A stretch of DNA of 59,780 nucleotides, filler included, from Catajapyx aquilonaris (Eukaryota), in the NCBI GenBank assembly GCA_000934665.2. It is 3 parts of 3 records of this genome, joined end to end, with 100 filler letters (N's around TTAATTAATTAA, not from the genome) between each part and the next. Parts side by side here need not be neighbours in the genome. Positions count along the whole stretch, not along the records: positions 19,996 to 39,840 come from JYFJ02006378.1; 2 more parts are not named here. One strand, written 5' to 3'. Position numbers and translations under genes: made by a program. Of the stretch, positions 22,406-35,230 are shown one piece after another. The notes under the pieces are model-generated. The model was not told the origin of the DNA and ran no database searches. It saw only the letters and a list, made by a program, of their open reading frames with translations. Each line of letters opens with the position of its first letter. The first letter of the stretch is position 1.

Positions 22406-23284
22406 ATGAAAGTTGAGGACCCAGAGGACATCACTATGGAGGAAACTTGGATGTTGCGGTTGAAACAAGGAACTGAAGAAACTTGGCTGCGTAAGGAGCG
22501 GGAATCAGTATCAAGCGGAGACGCTGCCAAGGTTGAGGTTAAGATGGAGCCAACTGAGGAAGAGGCTGTGATGTCAGTTCCAAAAAATGCAGAGGTTGCC
22601 AACGACCCACTTCAAATGGCAGTTGGTGGAACTTCCAAATTGAATGAGACGATATCTCCACACTACTTATCACTTCAGGACTCTGCAGCTGCTGTTACTT
22701 TGAACCAGAGATTACCAAGTGAAGTGCCTTCCAAGCTGTATATCATTCTAAAGATGTCTGAACAACGCTCGGAACAACGTAATTGCAATGTATGTGGTAG
22801 AAGTTATGCTAGCCGAACAGGGTTATATGCACACAGGCGGAAGCATGCAGGAGGGAAGTCTCATACGTGTACTGTGTGCCAAGAGACATTTCCAACTAAA
22901 TATCACTTGGAGCAACATTGTGTCGTTCATAAGCCATACTCTTGTGATTTATGTTCAAAAAGTTTCGCGGTCAAAGGGACTTTAATTTCACACAGGAGGC
23001 TACACACGGGTGAGACGCCTTACGAGTGTGAATTTTGCACAACGAAATTTACAAATAAGAGAAAATTCGCATCACACATACTGACACATGGTGACAATCT
23101 GTACGTGTGCAGCAATTGCAGAGAAACATTTCCATCAAGAGACGACTTACTTCAGCACAAGAGCACCCACTCGCAATCAGACGACGGCAAGCACCAGTTC
23201 TCATGCTATGCATGCGACAAGTCATTTGAACACTACGAATTGCTGTGCGACCACATCAAAAATAAATCCTGCAATTGTTCATAA
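22406..23284 (+). CDS. C2H2 zinc-finger protein, shorter tandem paralog with about 6 fingers
   Basis: N-terminus, C-terminus and upstream DNA align with the 20465 gene; intact ORF from the ATG at 22406. Confidence 0.85.
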   Translation: MKVEDPEDITMEETWMLRLKQGTEETWLRKERESVSSGDAAKVEVKMEPTEEEAVMSVPKNAEVANDPLQMAVGGTSKLNETISPHYLSLQDSAAAVTLNQRLPSEVPSKLYIILKMSEQRSEQRNCNVCGRSYASRTGLYAHRRKHAGGKSHTCTVCQETFPTKYHLEQHCVVHKPYSCDLCSKSFAVKGTLISHRRLHTGETPYECEFCTTKFTNKRKFASHILTHGDNLYVCSNCRETFPSRDDLLQHKSTHSQSDDGKHQFSCYACDKSFEHYELLCDHIKNKSCNCS

Positions 23285-23530
23285 ATTTTGTTTGTTCACA
23301 TTATTTTGTTGCCAACTATTCCGCTATATGCGATCGCATTGTTGCGAGTAACGGCTATGCGTGTAGCTGCGACGCACTATTCGACCCCCCGGTTCGACCC
23401 GCCATTTTGAAAAAAAACGACCGTTTGTTCCTCCGACCGCCTTTTCTTCTGGTCGGTTTTGCCTTCAAGGTTCTTCCTGAGCTCGTTCCTGGCCAGCCTT
23501 CTGGGGCATTGCTGAGGAAGAGGACAAGAC

Positions 23531-25472
23531 ATGGAAGGACCAGTAGAGCAGCAGGTAATGTGTGGGGAGGACCGCCATGAGCACGGGGAGAAAACTGAAT
23601 GGAATGGGTTCATTTGCATTGCACGAGAGGAACTGGGCTGGTTCCAGAACAGGTCTTGTTTTGTCTCTCAGTATTCAACTTATGTGTTTACTCCAGGTGG
23701 CAGACACTACAGCAGTACCATCATCCGCCTGCTGCGTGCCGTCGTCCTACAGAAGCGGTGCCGCTACTTTCCCCTTTCCAGTGGGCAACACTCCCACAAA
23801 TACTACACCTACCTTGGGTAAGCAGCTGAAAGATGGTGACAACGTTAGAATCATGACTACCCAGGCGCCGGAGTTACTTCGGGCATTGTTCAGCCGCCCC
23901 AACCAACCGCGCGCTGGTGACGACAGCCAGCTGGTCCTAATCGCCTGCAGGAACAACAGCCATGGAGTGACCAAGATGTCTTGTACGTCTCGCAGTTTCA
24001 AGCAAGTGGACGGGGACGAGCCATCGGAATTGGTAGGTTCGCCCTTGGAGTGGCCGTTTGATCCAGAGAGCAGCTTTGCATGCGGAAATGATGCGGCGAA
24101 CGCTACAAAAGCTGCTAACTTAATCATTGAACCCCTCACAACTAGAGAGGCTACTGATTTGCTCTCCAAGTACTTAATGTCAAAGTCGTACACTCTACCT
24201 CTCTACACTCTGACGGATGCAAGTGACCCTGGGAAGACGATATTAAAGGGCGTGCTGAAGAAGGACGCAAAGCTGAGTCAAATCAAAGGGGTTCTGGTCA
24301 AGCCACGTGAGGCAAGGAAACTGGATATTAATCGAGATTTGATCAAGGAGATGTTTGGCAATCAAAAAGTGAAATGCGGTGCATACGCGGTGTACGACGT
24401 GCTTGGTGGAAACAACGACGTAAGCAGTAAGTTCCAGTTGGAAGCAAGCTGGCCTAATGTGAAGGCAATCTTGGAGCACCCTCCGCTGGGATCCAAAACG
24501 CAGCTGCACATTTGCAGCTATCCGGGAGAGCTTCACAGTTTTCTTGTGGCCGAATGGCAGGAACTGGAGCTGCTGGGCAGCATGGTCAGTCTTCTCGACA
24601 ACAATGAAGTGGAGTGGTCCCTTGACGAGAAGACACCGTTGCCCCTGAAGGAGGAGCTGCTTAGCCTGTTCGACCAACCTTGGACGTCTGCGCCGCATCT
24701 CGACACCAGCGCGGTGTTTGAAAAGTTCAACATATCTTGCCGGTCAAGCCTGGACTTGGGTGACAAAGTGTGGGAAATAATCAAAGATTGCAGCTCCTCG
24801 GCCCAGTTGAAAGACTGCCTCTCGGTGCTGGTGAGCGAGGCGCAGGTAGGACGAGTTCGGGCCCAGATGCTGCCCAAGCAAAAGTGTCGTCTGACGGAAC
24901 TGATGACCAGTTGCATGAAGAGCTCGTCTCCACCCGCACCACTGGATGATTCCCAAGCTCTGGAGTTGCTAGTGGAAATGGGATTAATGAAGCTGCAGAA
25001 AGATTACTTCCATATCTACACGGTTGGCGAGTTGCTCATGGCTGAACATCTTCAGTCGTTATGCGAGGGTAAGAGCAGCCCGAAGGATGCTCTGACATGC
25101 TTGAAGAAGCTTCACCACATGCTAGATATGGTCATCTTGTGCAAGGCTTTTCTGGGACTGCCGCAGAATACCCTGCAGGACTATTCACTTCACTTTCTGC
25201 AGTACTACAAGAAGAACGACCTGTCCTTTGAGCACGAGTTTGTGTTGCCCATCTTTTCAGGTCATGCTGGTTCACTGCTTGGTCGGCTGACCTTGACCGC
25301 ATGGCGCTTGACCATGGAGTCTGAATCAAATTCCCTGAATACCAAAGTTGTGTGCCATTTCAGCCGAAGCCTTGCTCACATTCCTTGGATTAGCGAATCA
25401 GATGACTTGGAGACGTCTCACATGTATCACACTACTGTCCTGCGTTGCATTACTAGTCGAAGCCTCATTTGA
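23531..25472 (+). CDS. ZWILCH: Zwilch kinetochore protein (RZZ complex); exons 23531-23554 and 23697-25472, about 599 aa
   Basis: Motifs LDLGDKVWEIIKDCSSSAQLKDCL and ALELLVEMGLMKLQKDY match Zwilch; the length fits; phase-0 GT-AG intron. Confidence 0.8.
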
Positions 25473-27116
25473 AGGAAAAAATACTAATAATTGTTTTTGC
25501 CAATGATGCGTCTGTTCAATTACAATCTTGAGTCCTTGAAACAATCACTGAGCCTGTACTACTGTAATTCAATGTGAAATAATAAGTCTTTTTTATATTT
25601 TGCCAATGTTGCTTGTTCAAATGCTATTAACTGTTGCATTTTTTTGGATTATAAAGGCAAATGTGACTATCCTCGTCAGTTCTCCATTGACTGTGTTTAT
25701 GCTGCCCAGAGAACTGCAGCTCCATGCTCTCGAAGACGGAAGAAAAATTTCCTGGCATCTGCAACAAAATAATGTGGGTGGATGTTAGGCAGTAATGAGG
25801 TAAATATTTTTCAGGAAAAAATTTTAATTCGCAAGGAACCCCACCCCACAAATTTTTTTCCGGTGTAAAATTTTTCTTTTTCTTTCTTTACACAATGGGT
25901 AACCAGTAAAGCTCTGACATCAAATCCAAGTGTAAACTCTTTCTACACTCTCTTCTCAACTGACTTCAACTATGAAGACTTTATAACACTTTCAAAAAAT
26001 ACGTGTGTCCTACACAGGGACTTTTTAATATGCTTTTTTTGTTGCTGTCACATCTCCCTAATTTGCTTGTAGGCCTGTCTCAAGCACAATGCAGGAAGAA
26101 TTAAGTCTGAACTTATAAGTACGTAGCTGCTTCTTTGTCAAACTCAGAAATAAAAAGCAACTCTCAACTTTTTTCTTCTTATAAAACACGCCAATCTTGC
26201 AAGTGTTCATGTCAGTCCCAAAATATAACTTAGCTAGACGTGATAATAAATAAGCTGCAACTGTGGGTGAAACTTCATGGTTAAATAAATAACCTGCCAC
26301 GTGTGCAAAACCGAAAAGATTACGCCTATTTCATGACTAATATGTACGGAAGTGCTCGTTAAATAGCAAGTGGCAGTTAAGAAGCACGGAACTGAATATG
26401 ACGAGATTGGGGGCAATAAATGTAAAGAAATCACAGCTTTCCCGAAACACTTGGAAAGTTGCCGATATTTTACCTCTCTCTTTCCTTCACTACGAATATA
26501 AATTTTTTGCTCTGTCCAATAGTTAACAAACTCTTTTATCCCCGCTATTACCAGTGCACAAAAATATCCATCCACTGGGGCGTGGGAGTTATTGCTCTCA
26601 TAAAATTTTCCACTCTAATTTCATCTGAGACAAATATAACAACAACAAAATATGCTGACACTGCCAGATGTAGGAACAACCTTAAGAACTTAAGAAGCAT
26701 CAGAGGGGCACCAAAAAAGTGTACGAAGTGAGACTAGACAGCAAATTTAAAAAACTCTGCTTCTAATACTGCAATAAAAAATTACACACTCTGCTTGACA
26801 TACCGCACATCTTAAACGCCTCCGCAAAAAAAATTACTTTAAAAAAATCCGACTAGAACTGACATTATTTAAAAAACCGTGCAAGTCGGGGAGATTTTTT
26901 CTCGTTTTAGTCACACTTTGGCACCAACACACAGGTCCATCTAAAAAATATACGTCATAATTATGCAGTGTGTGTGTGTGTGTGACCTAACCATTCATAA
27001 TTCAGGGGTACGGGAGAGCAGGTCCCTTCCTGTAAACATATCACATGTATTATATTATATTCAATGTCCTCTTTAGTGGGTTTTTATGTGGTCCATGAAG
27101 AAGAGCCCTGGGGGCA

Positions 27117-29245
27117 TCAGTTAGTCTCGTAGGTGGTGAGCAAGGCAGCGTCCACAGGCTCCATGCAGGACGGGCAGGTGAAACTCCTCATCAGCCAATC
27201 GTCGATGCAGTCTACATGGTACGTATGCATGCAAGGCAGGTAACGCACCTTGTCGCCCAGGCCGAATTCTATCATGCAAATCACACACCTGCAACGAAGA
27301 GAGAGACATTAAGTCGCCCTTTATAAATAGAATCACCACATCACATCTCACTGTTGTGAATACTTCTTAACGCATGAAATTCTCTGATGAACATGTGGAC
27401 TATGTGGGCTAGCAACATGATAGCCCATAGACTACGAATCATCCGGTCGCCAGAATTATACAAACGAGGAACTCACTCTCTGATTTTCTTGCAGCCGTCA
27501 TAGCTACCAGTAGGCAAGTGCTGGATGAGTCCTATGCGCTTTGCTATCTTCACCTGCTCCTCCTCTGTCAGCTGGGACGCCGGACGGCTTATATTCGGTG
27601 ATGGGTAGTACACTGGAACACTCTCCTGAAAAAGGCAAGAGTTCTGCAACATTCCGATCATACTTGTTCAGCTAATACCAGTGCCATTCAAGTCATTTGG
27701 ACGCACACACTATCAACTCATTAGTGTTCACATTTTGTTAACAACAAGAAATGCGTGCACTTTTAAATGTAATTCAGGCAAGACAGTAAATTTTTTAACA
27801 GCGGAAGTACTTCATTGGCCAGTGACAGTGGAAGGTGTGATTGTTGAACTTTAAATTAGCTCTATAACCAGTTGTATTTGTGGCAAAATGTCTTCTGAAT
27901 GCTACATGTTTTGTCCCTGACAAAAATAAAAGAAACCATGGAGTTCTTTGGTGCAGGTACCCATAATTATTGTTCATTATACTATGCGTGTACAAATGAA
28001 AGGAGCCTGATTTCTCACTGTCTCGGCAGGCAAATCCATAACAAAGACTCCAAGGCATAACTCTTGTTGATCAGAAGATGTGGAGCGTAAAAATATGACA
28101 ACCCCATCTCCAATGAACATCAGTCAGTACCGGTGCAGGCTCCCCAGCTTTCCGCACGAACCCACGGTAGTTCCCGTGCGACTCCACCTGCAGTAACGGG
28201 ATGGATTTGATGGGCAGAATGTAGTTGCACTCCACAATGTCCATGTAGCTCCAACCCCGCTCGGGTTCCCTCCAATCCAAGCTCGTGGCTCCAGGTATGC
28301 CGTTCAGGGAACCAATGTCTCCCAGAACAACTCCACCAGACACTGACTCAACACTCCCAACTTCCTCTGAGGTGGATTCGTTGAGAAATGGAAGTTCTGA
28401 CCACAGCTCCATCGTTTTTTTTAAAAAACTTGCTGTTTGCTCGCAAGCCCGACTGTTCACTTAATGGCCTATTTTGTCTCTCCCGACTTTCAGCACTGCC
28501 CCAACTAGAAAGGCATGGCAATTTGTTAGAAAAGTCATTTCCAGTAAGAAAAAAATGGTTTAACTTGGCTATACCACTAAATTTTGAGGCTCCTCTGGAT
28601 ATAATGCTGCATGTTTATATGACCTTGTGGTGCAATGTCAAGGATGAAATCTAAATTACGAATAAAATGCGAGAGCTTCAAGTATCGGCAACAATCACTC
28701 GTGCAATATTTGAGTAAACAGGAATATTTTTATGCCTTTAACATGCAATGATAAAGTGGTGTAATTTCATAGGCTAGACCAGTGCAGCATCCGAATAATA
28801 ATACTGCCTATTATTCAGCACATTATTTCCAAAAGTAACTTTTGAAGCTTCCCAATCCTTTAACGTCACATGTGGCAGAACGAAACTTTGCCCGCTCCAA
28901 TTAATTTGCTGAGCTTTACCCCCAGAGCAGCCAGTCAAGCGAACATGGTCATAAAAATTGGGACAGTGCCGAACTAGTTTCATCCCCACGCTTAAAATTA
29001 CCCACCACAACAAACACATGCAACACACACCCAATAATGAATACCAGGTGGCATAGCCAAGTTAGACATCCAAGAACACTTATAATAGTCGATGTTCATT
29101 ATGATCACATGCAATGTTTTTTCTACTGGCTCACCTGGTAGATGACATCAGCCGCCATCTGGTCGGAAGACGACTCTCGGGTGCTGTCGCTTCCTCTCAG
29201 GAGAGAGATGTCATCCGACGTCGACCCCTTCAGACAATTGCCCAT
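27117..29245 (-). CDS. RNF11: RING finger protein 11; exons 29135-29245, 27477-27625, 27117-27288, 143 aa
   Basis: MGNCLK..TSDDISLL, QLTEEEQVKIAKRIGLIQHLP, ECVICM...LPCMHTYHVDCIDDWLMRSFTCPSCMEPVDAALLTTYETN*. Confidence 0.95.
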
Positions 29246-30638
29246 CTTCTCCGTGCACCTCGTCCCAAGAGAAACCCAACAAAGACTACGCTACTGGATC
29301 GCTCCAGTGGAAGGGGCGATGTCCTCCAGTCTGACAACTCTCACAGAGCATGGCCCCTATAAATAAGATTCAAGAAGTCAAGCTCTAAATCCATGCACAA
29401 TGCTAGCCACAATATCACGCCCAATTGCTGCTGTCAGCCGCGGAAGCTTAATGTGCTTCACTCATTTCGAAATAGCTTGCTCATACATGTATGCATGTTG
29501 GCATCGAGCCCAAATCAAATTTGCAAGCACTTTTCATTTCAGCTAATGGCAGAATGAGATATTCCGTTCTTCCCCTGTATAAATAACCACTTAACGGGGC
29601 AGGCCACTGCCTGTTGCTGCAGCAAGCAAGGCATCACTTTGCAGAGGTGAAGGGCAATGTATGTGCGTTAGTGTCAAGGGCATTTTTAAAGCAGCTTGAG
29701 AAGCAGACTCTTTAATTTGACCGCATGTGACATATGTAAAAGCCATGACCTCGCCCCAGCTTCACCTGCTCTCTATTAGTACTTTCAACTTGACGCACAC
29801 AACAAAACTAGGCGGCTCTATTGTGTGGGAACAATAGTCTGCAAGAGACGGAGAGAGATTGTGTTTGTCAGCTTGCCTATACTGGTGCAGCTTTTGTGGC
29901 TTCAAGGGTCAATCAATAACAACAAGGGATAGTCAGTGATAAGACAGTTCTACAAAAAAACATGTACACAAAAGCCAAGAACAGCAGCACACGTCTCAAC
30001 ATCAACTTACACCAATTATAGCAAACCTAATGGAACAATCGCTTATCCAAGGTCCATCCAAGGCCTGTGACTAAGACTATGACTCAGAATATCCTCACAA
30101 TTGCATGCTGTGCAAGTTCCCTGCAACTGGTAGATGCTGCCAATACCAACCTCGGTAATTGTTTAGCCTGCACACACGATGCACTTGCACAGTAATGCAC
30201 CAAAATGAAATACGAAGCTGGCCTTGGTTGAACACTTATACTGACTCCTGAGATCAGGTCGTTCGTGCCAAGGAGAAATCCTTTAATCTATGTAATGATG
30301 CTGCAAGTGAATATTTCACGACCATGTGACAAACAGAACCTGAATTTTGGCACACTCTACTACGTATAAGACTATCTTAAAAATGTTTTGCCAAAAAATA
30401 CGGTTTTAGGTGTCACATACCAGAGTTGGCAGCATCAAAACAAACTTGTTTACCCTCTCAGGGTAGGGTATTGCCCAAGTCAAGTTCAAGAAGGGGGGCC
30501 CAGGAGTGGTAGGTGTTGCAATTAAAGGTTGATTACCCCAGAAACCTGTTTAAAGACACGCAACAATCATGGCAAGCTAAATGTCACTTTTCTTTAAACT
30601 GGCAGCTGGGGGGAAACAATCCAAACTCCTTCCAATTA

Positions 30639-30798
30639 AGCCGCGTTTACATGTGAGCAATTTGATCAGTGATGCCATCACTGAGCGTTGATTCCAATTG
30701 TTTGGGGCGAAAGTAACAATCGATTTTCGCCTCAAACAATTGGATTCATTGCTCAACGACGACATCACTGATCAAATCGCTCGCACGTAAATGCGGCC
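30639..30798. mobile_element. Harbinger/Tourist-like foldback MITE
   Basis: Near-complete 160-bp palindrome with ends (A)GCCGCGTTTAC...GTAAATGCGGCC and TTA on both sides. Confidence 0.75.
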
Positions 30799-30962
30799 TT
30801 ATCCCGCAATAAAATTTGGAACCTCTGAAAACACATTTCCTTCAACATTTTACTGCCAACACCTGATCGATCCAGGACACTAACGCATCACAAATGTGTA
30901 AAGTATTTGGTCATCTTCATGCCCTACGTAACGTTATAACTGATCATGATGAGTGTTGCAGA

Positions 30963-31114
30963 TAATGCACGGAAAACGAGAGAACAATCTGACGCCATCG
31001 TTTCTTCCAGTGTTGCTTTTTGTTGACAGTGTTTACTCATATTGTTCTGTCTGTGAGGGTATTTCCATGGAAACCTTGATGACGTCAGATCGTTGCCTCA
31101 TTTTCCGTACATTA
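30963..31114. mobile_element. Short MITE of the same family as 45453-45758
   Basis: Inverted ends GGAAAACGAGAGAACAATCTGACGCCATC / GATGACGTCAGATCGTTGCCTCATTTTCC. Confidence 0.65.
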
Positions 31115-31322
31115 GGTTGCCTTCTCCAATACTGAAATTAATGTTAACTTATTGTAACCTGTGCAAGTCACCATCTGAATACCCAACTTGCGCTAAAATC
31201 TGGGAATAGCCGCAAATCGACAGGATCATTCTCACGGCACAAGGTGAATGATCGGATCACGTCGCAATGATGTGAAGTCTGTGATGGCTCAGGCCGCGAT
31301 GATAATAATGAAGGGACATTAA

Positions 31323-31595
31323 CCCTGGAACCGTGACGTGGGGTCTTTTAGGACCCCAAAGGAATTAAAATAATAATTACAATGAACTTTTGCCATTTAA
31401 AAAAGTATGTAACAGGAAGTGCATGTTTATTTTGAATTAGTGATCATTTTAGGCATTGTTCAAAGAATGATTGCATACTAGTCAATACATTGAAAAGGAT
31501 CATATAAAAATTAATAAAAATTAAAATATGGATGGGGTCCTAAAAGACCCCCCGTCACGGTTGCCGTAACTTTCCGGCACGCCGCGGTTCCATGG
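31323..31595. mobile_element. piggyBac-like MITE
   Basis: TTAA on both flanks; terminal repeats CCCTGGAACCGTGACGTG / CACGCCGCGGTTCCATGG; asymmetric internal inverted repeat GGGGTCTTTTAGGACCCC. Confidence 0.85.
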
Positions 31596-32469
31596 TTAAT
31601 CCGCAAAAACCTTTGTGCCGAATGAAGACGCCACTCGGCACAGTGTTGCTGTCACCCTCCGACAACTTGCTTTGAATGACTTGGAGGCCAACTGGTGTCC
31701 AATCTGCCCACAGTCTAAAAGAGGCATCTTTTATGCCTTGGACGCAACCCTTTCATGCAGCCAGAGGAACAAAGGACTGCTGAGCTCAGATCCTCCAAAT
31801 GACGTCACCCACGTCAAGTAGTGTCAACCCAATGAGTTTCGTTGTCCCCCGCCCGATTGTTGTTGTGAGGAGGCGACAGGTGTTGTTGTTGTCGCGTGTG
31901 TCGTATACTCACAGGAGAGATGATGATGCCCTTTTATTTTGGGGGTCGTCACAAGGGCAGCAGGAGGACTGCCCACTGTTGCCCGCTTCCTTCTTTCCTT
32001 TCCAACTGAGAGGTGGAGACGGCTCCTTGTGGTGCCGTCGGGAGGGCACAAAGGTCGCAGGTCAGGAGGTCAGGAGGGCGAGAAGAGACCTGGTCACTGC
32101 CTGACGATTCCAAGAGGAACAATGGAGGGTCCACCACCACAGTTCTAACAACAACAACAACAACAACAAGCGGAGAGGAGAGGAGAGGACGAGAGGTGGT
32201 GCGGAGGACGGGCCGGCAGAGGGATGCACCGGACGAGGGAGGCTGCGTTGGTTGGAGAGGCCCACAGATGGAGCGGGCGGGATGGACGTCCACTACAATC
32301 GCGCGTTATTCGAAATTTTCGCAAAACTGCCTGACATCCACCCATCATGATACGTACGACAATCTACACACGCAGCTGATAAGTGCCTTGCATCCTTCCC
32401 CTTCCTGGGACTGCACACATGCTGCATAGTCAGCCACGAACTGAGACGGCGGTGTAGACACCAGGCAAG

Positions 32470-33497
32470 ATGCCTGAACAGATACTGAAGGAGATGATAC
32501 ACACAGCAGCATCCTTAGGAGATGCGGAGAAAGTGTCTGCCCTGCTGGACAGAGAAGCACCCGTGGAAGGTAGGGATAAAGAAGGAAACACTCCTATGAT
32601 GCTCGCGTGTAAAAGCGGCGACATCGCCACCGTCACGTGCCTCGTGGACCGCGGTGCTTCCGTAGACGCGAAAAACAACAAAGGGTCGGCAGCCCTGCAC
32701 ATGGCGGCCGAATGTGGACACGCAACGATATGCGAGAGGCTGCTGGGGATGAAAGTGGACGTGAACGTGTGCAACAATGACAGCGAGACCCCTCTGCACC
32801 TGGCCGTCCGGTTCAGTCGGTTCGAAGTGGTGAAGACTCTGGTGAAGGCCAACGCCGACTGCAAAGCTGTGGACAAGAACGACAAGAGCCCAATGCATTT
32901 GGCCACGGAATCAGCAGAAGCTTCCAACAAGATGATGTTTCGCTACCTCCTGGCGGTGACCACCGGAGGAAAGAGCAAGAAGGACAATACTAAGACAAAG
33001 CCATCAGTGGTGCAACAGACACTACACCATACCCAGCAGCCGCAGAAGCTGCAACAACAAAAGCAACAGAAATTCGCCAGGTAAATTTCATACTTCCAAT
33101 ACAATGCAATAAATAAGTACCGTAAAAGACATAAGGGGTCGCAATAAACCTAAGTGTCGTCCTTGCACTATAGACAACTCATCAGAAGTCCTGTGTTTTT
33201 GTTTGTATACATAGTCTTTCCTTCAGACCCTTCGATTCCTTGGATCTTGACTGACCCATTTGATTCCTTTCCAGGCACAAGGCTGGTAGTAGCCCCAAAC
33301 AGCAGCCACCATCTCTGGTCCGATCCATGTCCAGAGAGAGCCTCTTCAACAGTGCGACAGTGCTCTACGTGGAAGAAGGCACCAGGATTTCAGATGCGAT
33401 GAAGGACCTGGAGTCCACAAGGGGAAGCAGCATCGACAATACAGAAGTGCTAGTGGTGGTCAAGCATCCGGCCAGCCCTACCTCCAAGACATTCTGA
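32470..33497 (+). CDS. Ankyrin-repeat protein; exons 32470-33080 and 33275-33497
   Basis: About 4-5 ankyrin repeats (GNTPMMLAC, GSAALHMAA, ETPLHLAV, KSPMHLA); a phase-2 GT-AG intron gives an open second exon. Confidence 0.85.
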
Positions 33498-34469
33498 AAA
33501 TATGTGTTACATGTACACAGTGTGCTGTCCAAAGCAATCATGTTCAATATTAATGCAAACTGTTTCAAAAGTCACGTAATTATTTTAAAAAATTAGATCG
33601 TCTGTGAGATTTTTTTCACTCCGCGTATTTTAACGATCATTACTAGGAATATATTCTCTTGTGTACATGTGGTTTCAGAGTGGGGTAATTTTGTATAATG
33701 TTACATAACTGGAACTTCACTAGACACTGGCACCCCAACAGACAACAAAGATTTATACGTCAAAAATGTCACACACAGCTGTCAGTGTATATCAATGTGG
33801 CCTTCTAGTGTCGATAACGGCAAGGTCACCTTCTTGCACTGCTCATCAGTGTTTATCATTAAAATGCATAAATATCATATTAATATGCAGTGAAACATAT
33901 ATGTGATCGGTGAGGAAACAGCTCTTTGATTGTCTGTCGAAAATATTGGCACAACCACAGTATTATGCTCACCATATTGATGTAGTTAAGTAGGGTCAGG
34001 TACAGTACACCTTCTGAAGATGTGTTATGTGCCTGATATAGGACATAAGTTATGTCCTATATCAGGACCTGTCATTCACATGAAGTACACTTGTACATGC
34101 ATATCTCAAGATGTTAGTACAACATTGGACTATCTCTGGAGGACTTTTTTGGCAGATGACAATGCTGATAAGACACACTCAGCAAATTCATATCGTAATA
34201 AATTATTGTGTGTGGTATACCTTCGCATCCGTTTGCATGCTGCCATCTGATCATAATGGCAACGACTGCTGACGTTCTGTTTGTTATTGTAATTGGGGTG
34301 GCTTATTACGGCGAATGTGCTCACATGTATCAAGTAAGTATTACTCAATTATTATTGGATTAGCGCATGTACGAGTAATAATTCATACCCCGTTTAATAT
34401 CAGCCACCGGCTCCTTAGGGGGGAAGTTTGTTTTTGCCTGGAACTCTTTGCTTTTTCATTTTTACTGCG

Positions 34470-34660
34470 CTTTTTGGGATAGGATAGGGACGGAAGGAAG
34501 CGGCTGTGGCCTATTAATTACGGAAGCAACTCCGTAATTTTCCTGGAAGGACCGTGGGAAACCACAGAAAACCACGGTCAGAGTTGCCGGCAGCGGGATT
34601 TGATCCCAGGACCTCCCGATTAGCAGTCGGACACCACATCCCCTCCTCCAACGCAACCTG
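34470..34660 (-). mobile_element. tRNA-derived SINE
   Basis: B-box-like GGATCAAATCCC followed by a typical arthropod SINE body GGTTTTCTGTGGTTTCCC...CCAGGAAAAT...AGGCCACAGCCGCTTCCTTCC. Confidence 0.65.
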
Positions 34661-35230
34661 CTTCGGTTTTTGATTAGCATGTATATACGAGTATATCAAC
34701 AATATTTGCCCGCAGCCTAACAGTGGAGCGAAGGAAAACGTAACACTGTGCAATATAATTTGTGATTTGCTTGCTTTTGAGTAGCAAATGTCATTTCCTA
34801 ATTGCTGACTACTCAAAAGTATAGCAAATGCCTATTATGCCCCACAAACGTTACTTATGTGATTTACAATATACTCCTATAATTATCTCGAATAACAATC
34901 TATTCATTTAAAAATAGTTCGTGGTCATTCTTTAAAAATGGCAATGCAAATACACGTTTGTTTTGATGCATGCTTATTTTCTGACTTTATGCTGAGGAAT
35001 GACGCAAATTCTCCTGTTTTAACACGGGATGTCGATAAATGTCAGTGTCACTGCCGTCATCACGTAAGAGTAAGGTTTGAGGGGTACAGTTCCCCATTTT
35101 CTATACTTTTGATTAGTAAACCATTTATTAAATGAATGTTTAATAAATATTTACAGACAGTCTCCGACGGCGCAGGTTTAGGCAAGCTCTTGCAATTATA
35201 TTTTACTAAAAAGCATGTGAATGTATATAG

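Noticed and set aside
19800..23284. Functional link between the transposon archive and the neighbouring zinc-finger genes
   Set aside because: They are separated by an artificial linker and lie on different contigs
23562..23696. N-terminal 45 aa of the 636-aa ORF in the track
   Set aside because: This lies within the predicted Zwilch intron 23555-23696
34560..34660. tRNA genes here and near 53100-53180
   Set aside because: No clean cloverleaf, and both are followed by SINE-like bodies
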